A stretch of 58,004 bases of DNA from a virus (Duplodnaviria > Caudoviricetes). Below, piece by piece: positions 35,959-44,143 of this stretch (position 1 is its first letter; each line of letters starts with the position of its first letter). Below the pieces are notes generated by a model. That model did not search any database, had not been told where the DNA came from, and saw only the letters and a list, made by a program, of their open reading frames with translations. Where the stretch lies: positions 1-58,004 of the IMG/VR virus record IMGVR_UViG_3300043636_000005. One strand, written 5' to 3'. The position numbers and the translations under genes are program-made.

Positions 35959-36206
35959 GCCTGCCCCCGATCTATTCCGCCGAAGACGCGACCGCGCCGG
36001 CGCATCTGCGCGCCGTGGCTTGGATGTCGCAGGATGGGCCCGGCAAGCACTGGACCTGCGCCGCGCCCAGCCAGGAGGAGGCGCGGGCCAAGCTCTCGGC
36101 CTTCTGGCTGAAGTGCGAGGCCGCGAAGCCGGCGCGGCCGCCGCCCCGCAAAAAGGCCGCATTGTCGGGCTCTCCAGAGCTTGACGACGACGAGGTGATT
36201 GTCTGA
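35955..36206 (+). CDS. Hypothetical protein with C-terminal DDDEVIV
   Basis: TTGA-coupled start. Confidence 0.6.
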   Translation: MSLPPIYSAEDATAPAHLRAVAWMSQDGPGKHWTCAAPSQEEARAKLSAFWLKCEAAKPARPPPRKKAALSGSPELDDDEVIV

Positions 36207-36487
36207 TGCCGGTTGCGCCCTACCTTCCGACCGAACGTCTCCGCATCGCGCGGCCGGACGGCCTGGGCGAGGCCTGGGCGGAGTTTCGCGTGTGGCCGGG
36301 CCTCCTCTGCGTCGAGGACGACAACCCGGCCCACGCGCCTGCGGTGTTCGTGGACCGCATCGTGTTGGACGACGGCGCGCCGGTGCCGATGACCGCCGCC
36401 GTGCGCGAGGCCCTGCGCTGGGCGATCCAGGCCAGCGACCCGCGTTTCGACGTCATCCCCGCTTGGGTGATATCGCCGCCCAATTAG
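36206..36487 (+). CDS. Hypothetical protein
   Basis: TGATG-coupled start. Confidence 0.55.
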   Translation: MPVAPYLPTERLRIARPDGLGEAWAEFRVWPGLLCVEDDNPAHAPAVFVDRIVLDDGAPVPMTAAVREALRWAIQASDPRFDVIPAWVISPPN

Positions 36488-36520
36488 CGCTTGCGTGATA
36501 TCACGCATTGCGGCCATATG
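36467..36520 (+). promoter_or_regulatory. Promoter for recE-recT with palindromes
   Basis: GTGATATCGC, then TTGCGT overlapping GTGATATCAC, 18 bp, then CATATG. Confidence 0.55.
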
Positions 36521-36557
36521 GGCCTCGCCGGACGCCAGCCGGTTTCGAGGACCACAC

Positions 36558-37613
36558 ATGAGCGATATCATTCCGGCGCCGGTCGATTTGCGCCGTCTCG
36601 TCACCGCCTGGAAGGGCGAGAAGATCGCCCGGCCGGGCATTTATTCGAATGTCCCCATGGGGGTCTATCACGACGACCTCTGTATCGGCCCGAGCGTCAG
36701 CCACTCGACGCTGTGGCGCCTGGACAGCAAGAGCCCGCGCCACGCATGGCGGGAGTGGTACGGCAACCCGAACCGCAAAGAGCCCGAGGAAAAGCCCCAC
36801 CTCGCGCTCGGCCGGGCGATCCACCACCTTGCGGGCGGCGAGGCCCAGTTCGCCAAACACTTCTGCGTCCGGCCGGCGAAATGGGATAGCTGGCGGACCA
36901 AGGAAGCCAAGGAATGGCGCGCTGAGCAAATGCGGCTCGGCATGGGCGTTCTGACCGCCGAGGACATCGACACCATCCAGGGCGTCGCCGACAGCCTGAA
37001 CGAGCACCCGACCATCCAGGCCGGCATTCTGAAGGGGCTGGTCGAGATGACGGTGGTCTATCAGGACCCCGTGACCGGACTTTGGGTGAAGGCGCGCCCC
37101 GACGTCATCCCGCTGTCGTCGGCGATGATCCCCGACCTGAAGACCATCGCCGAGGCGACCCGCAAAAAGTGCGAAACCGCCATCGGTGAATATGGCTACT
37201 TCGGGCAGATGGCGATCATTGACGAGGCGCTGTGGCAGGTCGCGGGCTTCGAAGCCACGGACCATGTTCTGGTCTTCATCGAGAAGTCTGACCCGTGGTG
37301 CATCAACCTCAAGCCGCTGCCGTCGTGCGATATCGAGTGGGGCCGCGCCTACGCCCGCCGCGCGCTCGACAAGTTCGCCGCCTGTCTGGAAAGCGGCGAT
37401 TGGCACGGGTACGACGACGACGAACGCGAAGGCGGGATGCCGGCGTGGAAGCGCGCCCAATTCGCCTATGAGGCGGAGAACGGGATGCTCCCGAAGCTCC
37501 GCGACCGCCAGCCGCGCGACGCCACGCTGAAAGCCATGGCCGCCCGCGCTTCCACCACCGCCAAAGCCCTCGCCGCGCCGTCCCTGGATGACGCTGACGA
37601 GGTCATCGTTTAA
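36558..37613 (+). CDS. RecE/exonuclease VIII-like PD-(D/E)XK nuclease with C-terminal DADEVIV
   Basis: GIYSNV...YH, LGRAIH, KARPD, DLKT and YGYFGQMA motifs. Confidence 0.85.
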   Translation: MSDIIPAPVDLRRLVTAWKGEKIARPGIYSNVPMGVYHDDLCIGPSVSHSTLWRLDSKSPRHAWREWYGNPNRKEPEEKPHLALGRAIHHLAGGEAQFAKHFCVRPAKWDSWRTKEAKEWRAEQMRLGMGVLTAEDIDTIQGVADSLNEHPTIQAGILKGLVEMTVVYQDPVTGLWVKARPDVIPLSSAMIPDLKTIAEATRKKCETAIGEYGYFGQMAIIDEALWQVAGFEATDHVLVFIEKSDPWCINLKPLPSCDIEWGRAYARRALDKFAACLESGDWHGYDDDEREGGMPAWKRAQFAYEAENGMLPKLRDRQPRDATLKAMAARASTTAKALAAPSLDDADEVIV

Positions 37614-37641
37614 TATCTGATATCACCTAACAGGAGCCGAA

Positions 37642-39489
37642 ATGTCCGAAACCGACAACGCCAGCACCACCGCAGAACCCCAGTCGACCGCCGTTTCCGT
37701 GGTCGACCCCAAGCCGAAGCCGCCGCGCCTCATCTCGACGTCAGACGTGGCGATCTGGGACACCGCCGCCCTCGATCACATGGGCCGGGTGGGTCGCCTG
37801 ATGGCGGACAGCGGCTTGGCGAGCGAGACCATCTTCAAGGACGGAGACCAGCCCGCCGCCGACCATACCGTCGTCGCCCGCATGGTGATGATCGCCAACC
37901 TCGCCCGCGAGTGCGCCGCGAACCCTTTGATGTTCCTTCAGGGCTGTTCGATCATCTCCCGTAAGCTCCATCTGGAGGGCAAGGTGGTCAACGCCATCAT
38001 CCGCGCCCGCACCGGCGTGGTGCTGCGCTTCACCTTTGGCGTCTGGGACACCGACCACATCGAGTTCCCGCCGATGATCCCGCAGCTCGATCCGGCCGGC
38101 GAGCAAATGGTGGGTCTCGACGGCAAGCCGTTGTTCATCGCGGATCCGGCCTTCTTCCATAACGTCGGCGAGCGGCTGGCGGTGCGGGTCTCCGATCCCG
38201 ACGACCCCGAGCGCTTCGTGGACGGGTCGGTGGGGCTCTGGAAGACCGATCGCAAGGGCTCGCCCTGGACGGCGCAAGGCAACTGGCGCCGGCAATTGCG
38301 CTATCGCGGCGCGCCGGAATGGGCGCGGGCCTATGAGCCGGGCGCGGTCCTGGGCTTCTACAGCGATGCGGACGAGGATCTTGACCCCATCGAGCCGACC
38401 GTGCGCGGCCCCAAGCCGAAGCGCGATCTGGCCGCCAAGCTCTCCAATGAGACCCACGGCGGCGAACATGGCGCCGAGGGCTTCAACCGCGAGGGGATCG
38501 CCGAGAGCCTGAATGGCGGCGCCATGGCCGAGGAGGTCCCGCACAACCCCGAGACTGGCGAGGTGCTGGACGCCCAGTTTGAGGACAAGGGCGCTGACGT
38601 AGCCGCCGAGGGCGCAAACGCCGCCGACGAGGCGCAAATCGGCCACGACATGGAGGAAGACGAGGAAGAGGGCGTGTTCTCCGCCGACGTGATGGCGGCG
38701 GCCGCACAGTTGGCGACGATCTCCCCGCTGGACGAGGAGGTGGAGGTGATCGCCTCACGCCTCGCCGCCGCCGAGGAAAACGGCGAGGCCATCACCATGG
38801 GCCACGCGGAAGCTGGCGAGAAATACGTCATCGGCGGCGAAGGGACCAACCCCGAGGGCCGGCGCTGCGTCTACAAGGACGGCGCGCGCTTCAGCACCGC
38901 CAAGGACGTCTCCAAGCTGAAGGCCTATGCGATCCACGCCGAGGCGCCCGAGGCCGACGAAAACCCTACTTCGCCGGCGGACGCTACCGTGACGGATGGT
39001 GCCCAGACTGTGGCGGCCGAACCGGCTTCGTCGGCCTCTGCCACCCCTGCGCCTTCCGCTACAGCGGCGGCGAACTCTTCCCCTGGAAGCACCGGGGCGG
39101 CGTCGGACGCTGGCGAGGACACGACCCTGTTGGGCCGGATGTCGCGGATGACCTCCTGGGCGGAAATCAAGGCCGCCTGGGCGGAGATGAACCGGACGAC
39201 CGATTGGATGGCCGCCAGCGAGGCCGATAAGGACGACCTGCGCCGCGCCGTCTGGGAACAGGTGCTCCGCGTCAAGGCCGAGCACAAGGACCCGGTCGAC
39301 CACGCCACCGACCCCAGCGCCTTCGGGATCTGGTTGGCCACGCAGTACGGCAAGGATGGCGCCGAGGCTGCAATCGGGACGCTGGACGTGCTGCGCAACC
39401 AAGCGATCTGGGAGAAGATGCCCCAGGCCAGCCGCGACACGCTGCAAGCCCGCGCCACCGCGCGCGCCAAGTGCGCTGCGCCGAGCTGA
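37642..39489 (+). CDS. RecT-like annealase with long acidic C-terminal extension
   Basis: LEGKVVNAII and QLRYRGAPEWARAYEPGAVLGFY. Directly downstream of the RecE-like gene. Confidence 0.75.
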   Translation: MSETDNASTTAEPQSTAVSVVDPKPKPPRLISTSDVAIWDTAALDHMGRVGRLMADSGLASETIFKDGDQPAADHTVVARMVMIANLARECAANPLMFLQGCSIISRKLHLEGKVVNAIIRARTGVVLRFTFGVWDTDHIEFPPMIPQLDPAGEQMVGLDGKPLFIADPAFFHNVGERLAVRVSDPDDPERFVDGSVGLWKTDRKGSPWTAQGNWRRQLRYRGAPEWARAYEPGAVLGFYSDADEDLDPIEPTVRGPKPKRDLAAKLSNETHGGEHGAEGFNREGIAESLNGGAMAEEVPHNPETGEVLDAQFEDKGADVAAEGANAADEAQIGHDMEEDEEEGVFSADVMAAAAQLATISPLDEEVEVIASRLAAAEENGEAITMGHAEAGEKYVIGGEGTNPEGRRCVYKDGARFSTAKDVSKLKAYAIHAEAPEADENPTSPADATVTDGAQTVAAEPASSASATPAPSATAAANSSPGSTGAASDAGEDTTLLGRMSRMTSWAEIKAAWAEMNRTTDWMAASEADKDDLRRAVWEQVLRVKAEHKDPVDHATDPSAFGIWLATQYGKDGAEAAIGTLDVLRNQAIWEKMPQASRDTLQARATARAKCAAPS

Positions 39490-39495
39490 TATCAT

Positions 39496-39521
39496 GAGCC
39501 TCGGCCTTCGGGCCGGGGCTC
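39496..39521 (+). terminator. UUCG-loop hairpin after the RecT-like gene
   Basis: GAGCCTCGGCC-TTCG-GGCCGGGGCTC, with a weak U tract. Confidence 0.5.
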
Positions 39522-39667
39522 TCCGGGGAAGGGCGGCGCGCATCACAAGGCCAGTGCTGACAGGCGGACCCGGTTTCGGGCGTAAGTCCTTAGCAGGCCG
39601 AAGCCATGATTTGGCTACTTCAGATGCGTTCGCCGCCCTTCCACCCGAGAGCCCAGGAGCAACGCCA

Positions 39668-39922
39668 GTGAAGATCACCAAGCCAACCCCCGGCCAGTTG
39701 GCCGCCCGCAAGACGCTGGAGGACGCATTGCGAGAGCATCAGCACCTTGACGCCATCGAAATGTGCGCCGTGGTCTCGCACTTCCTTGGCCAACTCATCG
39801 CGCTGCAAGACCAGACGAAATACACCCCCGCCCAGGTCATGCACCTCGTGTCGGAGAACATCGAGCAGGGCAACGCCGAGGTGATCCAGTCGCTTCTGAA
39901 TGGCGAAGGCGGCCGGGCATGA
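39668..39922 (+). CDS. Hypothetical protein
   Basis: GTG start with CCAGGAG RBS. Confidence 0.6.
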   Translation: MKITKPTPGQLAARKTLEDALREHQHLDAIEMCAVVSHFLGQLIALQDQTKYTPAQVMHLVSENIEQGNAEVIQSLLNGEGGRA

Positions 39923-40119
39923 GCGCCGACCGCCCCCGCACCTCCATGGACGACATGGTCAAGGCCGCCGAGCGTGAGTTGCGGTTGCGGCTTCACGTCT
40001 ACCCTCGCCGCGTCGCCAACGGCCAGATGACCCAGGCGCTCGCAGATCGCGAGACCCGCGCCATGGAGGACATCGCCGAGACCCTCCGAGGCCTTCAGCA
40101 GTCCAACCGCCTGATATGA
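39919..40119 (+). CDS. Hypothetical protein
   Basis: AERELRLRLHVYPRRVANGQMT, a recurrent small phage protein pattern. Confidence 0.65.
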   Translation: MSADRPRTSMDDMVKAAERELRLRLHVYPRRVANGQMTQALADRETRAMEDIAETLRGLQQSNRLI

Positions 40120-40370
40120 GCGTCACAGCTCGCCATCCGCGCATCGCCTGCGCCGTGCCGTTCTGCCGCTGCGGGAGCACGACATTTCCGCCTGGGTGGG
40201 AATTCCTTTGCGCCAAGCACTGGCGGCTCGTGGATCGGGAGTTAAAGCGACTGCGGGCCCTGGCCCGGCGCCGGCGCGGGAATGGTGAGCGATACCGGCG
40301 TCTTGAAAGGCTGATCTGGCGGCGCATGAAGCGTCAGGCGATCACGCGAGCCGCCGGATCGCCGATATGA
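40116..40370 (+). CDS. Hypothetical Cys-containing protein
   Basis: CAVPFC...CAKHW. Confidence 0.6.
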   Translation: MSVTARHPRIACAVPFCRCGSTTFPPGWEFLCAKHWRLVDRELKRLRALARRRRGNGERYRRLERLIWRRMKRQAITRAAGSPI

Positions 40371-40795
40371 ACGACAAGCCCCGGCGCCGGCCGATGACCC
40401 CGGCCCGCAAGCGGCGCATTCACGACTGCCAACGCGCGCGCCTGGGGATCGCGGACGGCCCGACGCGTTGCGGGAATGGCTGCGGCGCGGCGGTCCCGCT
40501 GGAAGGTCCCGGCGTGATCTATGAGCACGTCGAACTGTTCTGGATGCGCCCCGATCTGGATGACGACGGGCCGAACGTGCAAGCGTGGTGCGCCGCGTGC
40601 GCCAAGGCGAAGAACGCCCGCGGCGCCGACCCGACACGCCTCGCCAAGACCAAGCGGCAGGCGAAAATGAGCCTGGACGTAGAACGGCCCCCGCCGACGA
40701 TGCGCAGCGGGGGCCGTAAGCTTGCGGGCCGCGGCTTTGGAAAGCAGCACCGCCCTATGCAGTCGCGCAATTCCTTCCGCGACCGCCGAGGTTAG
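40367..40795 (+). CDS. HNH endonuclease-like protein
   Basis: CGNGC...EH...NVQAWCAAC. Confidence 0.65.
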   Translation: MNDKPRRRPMTPARKRRIHDCQRARLGIADGPTRCGNGCGAAVPLEGPGVIYEHVELFWMRPDLDDDGPNVQAWCAACAKAKNARGADPTRLAKTKRQAKMSLDVERPPPTMRSGGRKLAGRGFGKQHRPMQSRNSFRDRRG

Positions 40796-41100
40796 GGCGC
40801 TCGCCCAGGGTCCGGCGGGGGCGGACAGTCGAGCCCCTTGGCCCCCATGCTGCCCGCCCACCGACAAAGCCGGCCGATCTGGCGCCACTCGGCGTCGCCC
40901 CAGGCCTCCAGGGCGTTGTCATAGTCCGCCCCGGCGATATCCGAGGTGGCGATATCATCGCCAGGGATCGGTTTGTCCGGCGGCCGCAGCTCACTTGCAG
41001 CCGGGAACGAGACGGCCGGGGTGGGCGATGCGCAAGCGCTGGCAAGCGAGAGCGTTGCGCACAGCGCTAGGCTTGCCATCCGGAAGTGACGCATAGGCAT
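40792..41100 (-). CDS. o-spanin lipoprotein
   Basis: LASAC lipobox, Pro-rich, overlaps the i-spanin 3' end. Confidence 0.7.
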   Translation of the reverse strand: MPMRHFRMASLALCATLSLASACASPTPAVSFPAASELRPPDKPIPGDDIATSDIAGADYDNALEAWGDAEWRQIGRLCRWAGSMGAKGLDCPPPPDPGRAP

Positions 41101-41395
41101 TGGTCCTGGCCTCCTGTTGGGCCGCCACGGCGGCGGCGTCGGTGGATTTCTGCGAGAGCGCCAGGGCGTCAGCCTTGGATTTGGCGACCTGGAGCGCGGC
41201 GGCTTCGGCCTTGGCCTTGGCCTCCCAGCGGTGGCGCTCGCCCATGACGCCTTGGTGATGGACGAACCACAGCAGCAGCAGGACCAACAGCACCGCGGCG
41301 GCGGCGTCGATCACCCGCGCCAGCGTCTTGTTGCGGCCCGCCCAGACCATGAAGGGACCAAGCCCCGGAATGAACGATGCGATGAACGTGATCAT
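40991..41395 (-). CDS. i-spanin
   Basis: Single TM plus Ala-rich coiled coil after the endolysin. Confidence 0.7.
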   Translation of the reverse strand: MITFIASFIPGLGPFMVWAGRNKTLARVIDAAAAVLLVLLLLWFVHHQGVMGERHRWEAKAKAEAAALQVAKSKADALALSQKSTDAAAVAAQQEARTNAYASLPDGKPSAVRNALACQRLRIAHPGRLVPGCK

Positions 41396-42177
41396 AGCCA
41401 GCCTCCAGCGGTGAGCGCGTCTTGGAAGGCTACGGCGTAGGCGGCGATATCAGCCGCCCGGTCTGTGCCGTTGACGATCCGCCGCGCGTTGGTGAATTGG
41501 GTCAGGTCGCCTTTCGACCGGACGTAATCGTTGAGCTTCTTCCCCGTAAACCAGCCCTCGCGCATCCCCTGGACGATGATCTCCGCCGACAGGTCGGGGC
41601 GCAACGCGAGGTCGGGGTCCGCCAGGAGGTCGCCGGGCTTGATCAGCTTCAGGGCGGCCAGCTTGGCGTCGGCGCGCTGGTACAGTCTCGCGCCGGTCAA
41701 TTGGACGTCGCCGCGCCCGGCCCACTTGATCCCGTCGCCATCGGCCTGCGGGGTGTTGCCCAGCGCCTCGGCGAGCCGGCCGGTGTCGTATTTCGACAGG
41801 TAGGCGTCGCCGCCCTTCTCGTGCACCGGGACCATCAGGTGGCCGGTCTCGTGGTAGCCGGTGGCCAGCACATAGGCCATCCAACCCAGCGGCAGGAAGC
41901 CCGCGCCGGCGACGCACAGCCGCAGACAGCCGGCGCGCTGGTCATCGAGCAACTTGCCGCCGAACACCACGCGAGACGCCGCCAGGGCGGTGGTGAACGG
42001 GGCGAGGGTCTGGAGCCCTGCGCCATCCTTGGCTATCCAGTCCGCAGGCGTGGGCGCAGAGGGCCTTGGCGGCGCCGGCGGGCCACCGGCCTCAAGTCGG
42101 GCGGCGAAGGCCTCTAGCGCGCTCGCCTGGGCGCGTAAGCCGGCGGCGACCTCTAGGAGTTGGGTGGCGTCGGTCAC
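41392..42177 (-). CDS. Endolysin, GH19 family
   Basis: AYVLATGYHET, GRGDVQLTG, GWFTGKKL and ARRIVNGTDRA. Confidence 0.88.
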   Translation of the reverse strand: MTDATQLLEVAAGLRAQASALEAFAARLEAGGPPAPPRPSAPTPADWIAKDGAGLQTLAPFTTALAASRVVFGGKLLDDQRAGCLRLCVAGAGFLPLGWMAYVLATGYHETGHLMVPVHEKGGDAYLSKYDTGRLAEALGNTPQADGDGIKWAGRGDVQLTGARLYQRADAKLAALKLIKPGDLLADPDLALRPDLSAEIIVQGMREGWFTGKKLNDYVRSKGDLTQFTNARRIVNGTDRAADIAAYAVAFQDALTAGGWL

Positions 42178-42623
42178 TTCTCAACCTTCAGCTCGGGCGG
42201 AAGCTCGCCGTCCTCGCTTTGCGTCGGGGTCTCGGCCTCCACCTTGACGCTCTCGCCGGGCGCCAGGGTGACCCCTGAGGCGTCGAGCGTGCCCGAGGTT
42301 GGAGCGGCGGCCGCCAGGGCCTCGCCCGCGGTCTGGGCGGTGGCCGCCATGGCGGCGGAGGCCTGGGTGGCGGACTGGATGGCCCGGTCTTTGCGGCGGC
42401 TGGAAGAATTGTCGCCGAAATAATAGCCCAGCACGAGCACAAGCACGGTCTCCACCACCTTGGAGCCGTTGGCGATGATATCGCCCGTTCGGCCGGTGGG
42501 GACCTGGAGCCAGTAGGGAAGGAGGGTCTGAACCGCGAACAGCCAGATGATCACGCTGGATATCAGGTTGCGCGGGGTCAACAGCTTGTCGTCGTCGGGG
42601 TGGTCGTCCATCGGCTCGCTCAT
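42174..42623 (-). CDS. Holin-like membrane protein
   Basis: Two TM helices ending VLGYYFG, upstream of the endolysin. Confidence 0.6.
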   Translation of the reverse strand: MSEPMDDHPDDDKLLTPRNLISSVIIWLFAVQTLLPYWLQVPTGRTGDIIANGSKVVETVLVLVLGYYFGDNSSSRRKDRAIQSATQASAAMAATAQTAGEALAAAAPTSGTLDASGVTLAPGESVKVEAETPTQSEDGELPPELKVEK

Positions 42624-43090
42624 CGCGCGGCGCCTTCTCTCGGGTGGAAGATATAGACGCCGTTGATCCAGAGGTTCGGCAGGGTCGGGGCCGCCATCAG
42701 GGCGTCCACCTCCTCAAGCTCGGCCGGCGTCGGCTGGCCGGTCTCGACGGCTTTGCGAAACTCGCGGATGCGCGCCCAGACCTCTGGCGGATAGGTCCTG
42801 GCGATGATGAAGCACAAGCACCCGAAGGCCACGGTGTTGAGCGAGAAGGTCGACAGGAAGCCCAGCGCGGTGGCGTGACCGGAGACGCTTTGCTGATGCA
42901 GGCCGGCGCCGATCAGCTCCACGCCGCGAAACAGGAACAGGCATGAGGCGATGGGCAGGGGGAGCCGGATATAGCCCGGCAGGTGGGCCCAATATTCCCG
43001 CTTGGGGGAGGTCAGTACGTGGATCACCGACAGCACCGCCGCCAGCCAGAGGGTGGCCACCCCCGTTGCAAAATCAAGGCCGCCGTTCAC
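42620..43090 (-). CDS. Membrane protein (lysis cassette)
   Basis: About three hydrophobic segments. GTGA/ATGA coupling. Confidence 0.55.
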   Translation of the reverse strand: MNGGLDFATGVATLWLAAVLSVIHVLTSPKREYWAHLPGYIRLPLPIASCLFLFRGVELIGAGLHQQSVSGHATALGFLSTFSLNTVAFGCLCFIIARTYPPEVWARIREFRKAVETGQPTPAELEEVDALMAAPTLPNLWINGVYIFHPREGAAR

Positions 43091-43428
43091 TTGGAACCCT
43101 TTCCGAACAAAAGGCCCGCCCGTGATATCGCCTCGTCCAAGACCGCCGGGCCGAGGCGGTGGAAGGCGTAACCGACCGCGACGCCGATGGCGGGGAGCTG
43201 ATGGGGGCCGGGGCGGCCCATCCAGCTAAACCCCTGCGCCAACAGCGCCGGCGTGAGGGCGGCCGACGCGGCGGCCCCGGTCATCACGCCCACGACGAAA
43301 TCCACGATGCAAAAGCCCGACCGCTCGCCCGTCTGCGACTTGGCGTAAAGGCAGGCTGAGAGCTTTGGACCGGCATAGATGAAGCCTCCAATCAGTCCCC
43401 ACAGGGCGGCTTTACTAAACACGTCCAA
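43087..43428 (-). CDS. Holin-like membrane protein
   Basis: About three hydrophobic segments. First gene of the lysis operon. Confidence 0.55.
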   Translation of the reverse strand: MDVFSKAALWGLIGGFIYAGPKLSACLYAKSQTGERSGFCIVDFVVGVMTGAAASAALTPALLAQGFSWMGRPGPHQLPAIGVAVGYAFHRLGPAVLDEAISRAGLLFGKGSK

Positions 43429-43519
43429 GGGGGTCTCCAGATACGCAGAGGGGACGGCGTAAGGTGTGCTTACGTCGTCCCCAGTTAGACCACCACCCTG
43501 GCGCGATTATAGGCGGGGA

Positions 43520-44143
43520 CTAGTAACCCGGATCGGCGTCCCACCACTCCAGGCACACCCGACCCATGCCGCCGACCGCGGTGGCGCTATAGCCCCGAAA
43601 GCCGCTGCTATCCCACTTCGGAAACAGGAAGCCGCCGCCGCCGAAGATGCCCGGCGCTTGGTTGAGCTTCCCGCCCCAGCCATCGAACCCCAGCGAGGCG
43701 AAATCGGCGCTGTCGCCGCCGGGCAGGCCGCCGTCGCCCAGGCCCGCCGCGCCGTCGCGCTTGACGTCGCCGAACGACAGCGAGGCCTTGCCGTTGGTGC
43801 CGTCGCCGCGCCCGCGGTCGGCATAGACGATCAGCTCGCCCGAGCCCGCCGCGCCCTTCCAGACGGCGCTGTCGCCGGCCGATGAGGCGGTGGAGGTGTC
43901 GCCCACCTGCACCGAATAGGTCCAGCTCGCATCGGTGAGCTTGCGGGTCCTGGCGAAGGCGCCGCCGCCGCCGATCGCCGTAGGGCCGTCGCCGCCGCAG
44001 CCCTGCGCCAGGGCCCGGAGGTATTTTGCCCCGGCCGGCGGGGTGATCCCGAGAAAGGGCCCCGGCCGCTTGAACCAATCGCGCCGCAGCAGCGAGGCCG
44101 CCGGGACTTCGATGTCCGGTATCCACAGGATCGACATGCTCAA
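43520..44143 (-). CDS. Glycine-rich tail-fibre-associated protein, paralog 2
   Basis: GGGGAFART, GDVKRDG and VCLEWWDADPGY. Confidence 0.65.
   Translation of the reverse strand: MSMSILWIPDIEVPAASLLRRDWFKRPGPFLGITPPAGAKYLRALAQGCGGDGPTAIGGGGAFARTRKLTDASWTYSVQVGDTSTASSAGDSAVWKGAAGSGELIVYADRGRGDGTNGKASLSFGDVKRDGAAGLGDGGLPGGDSADFASLGFDGWGGKLNQAPGIFGGGGFLFPKWDSSGFRGYSATAVGGMGRVCLEWWDADPGY

Noticed and set aside
3830-36504. GTGATATCAC repeats as a CRISPR array or transposon ends
   Set aside because: Copies are dispersed 10-mers without regular spacers, and no cas or transposase genes are visible.
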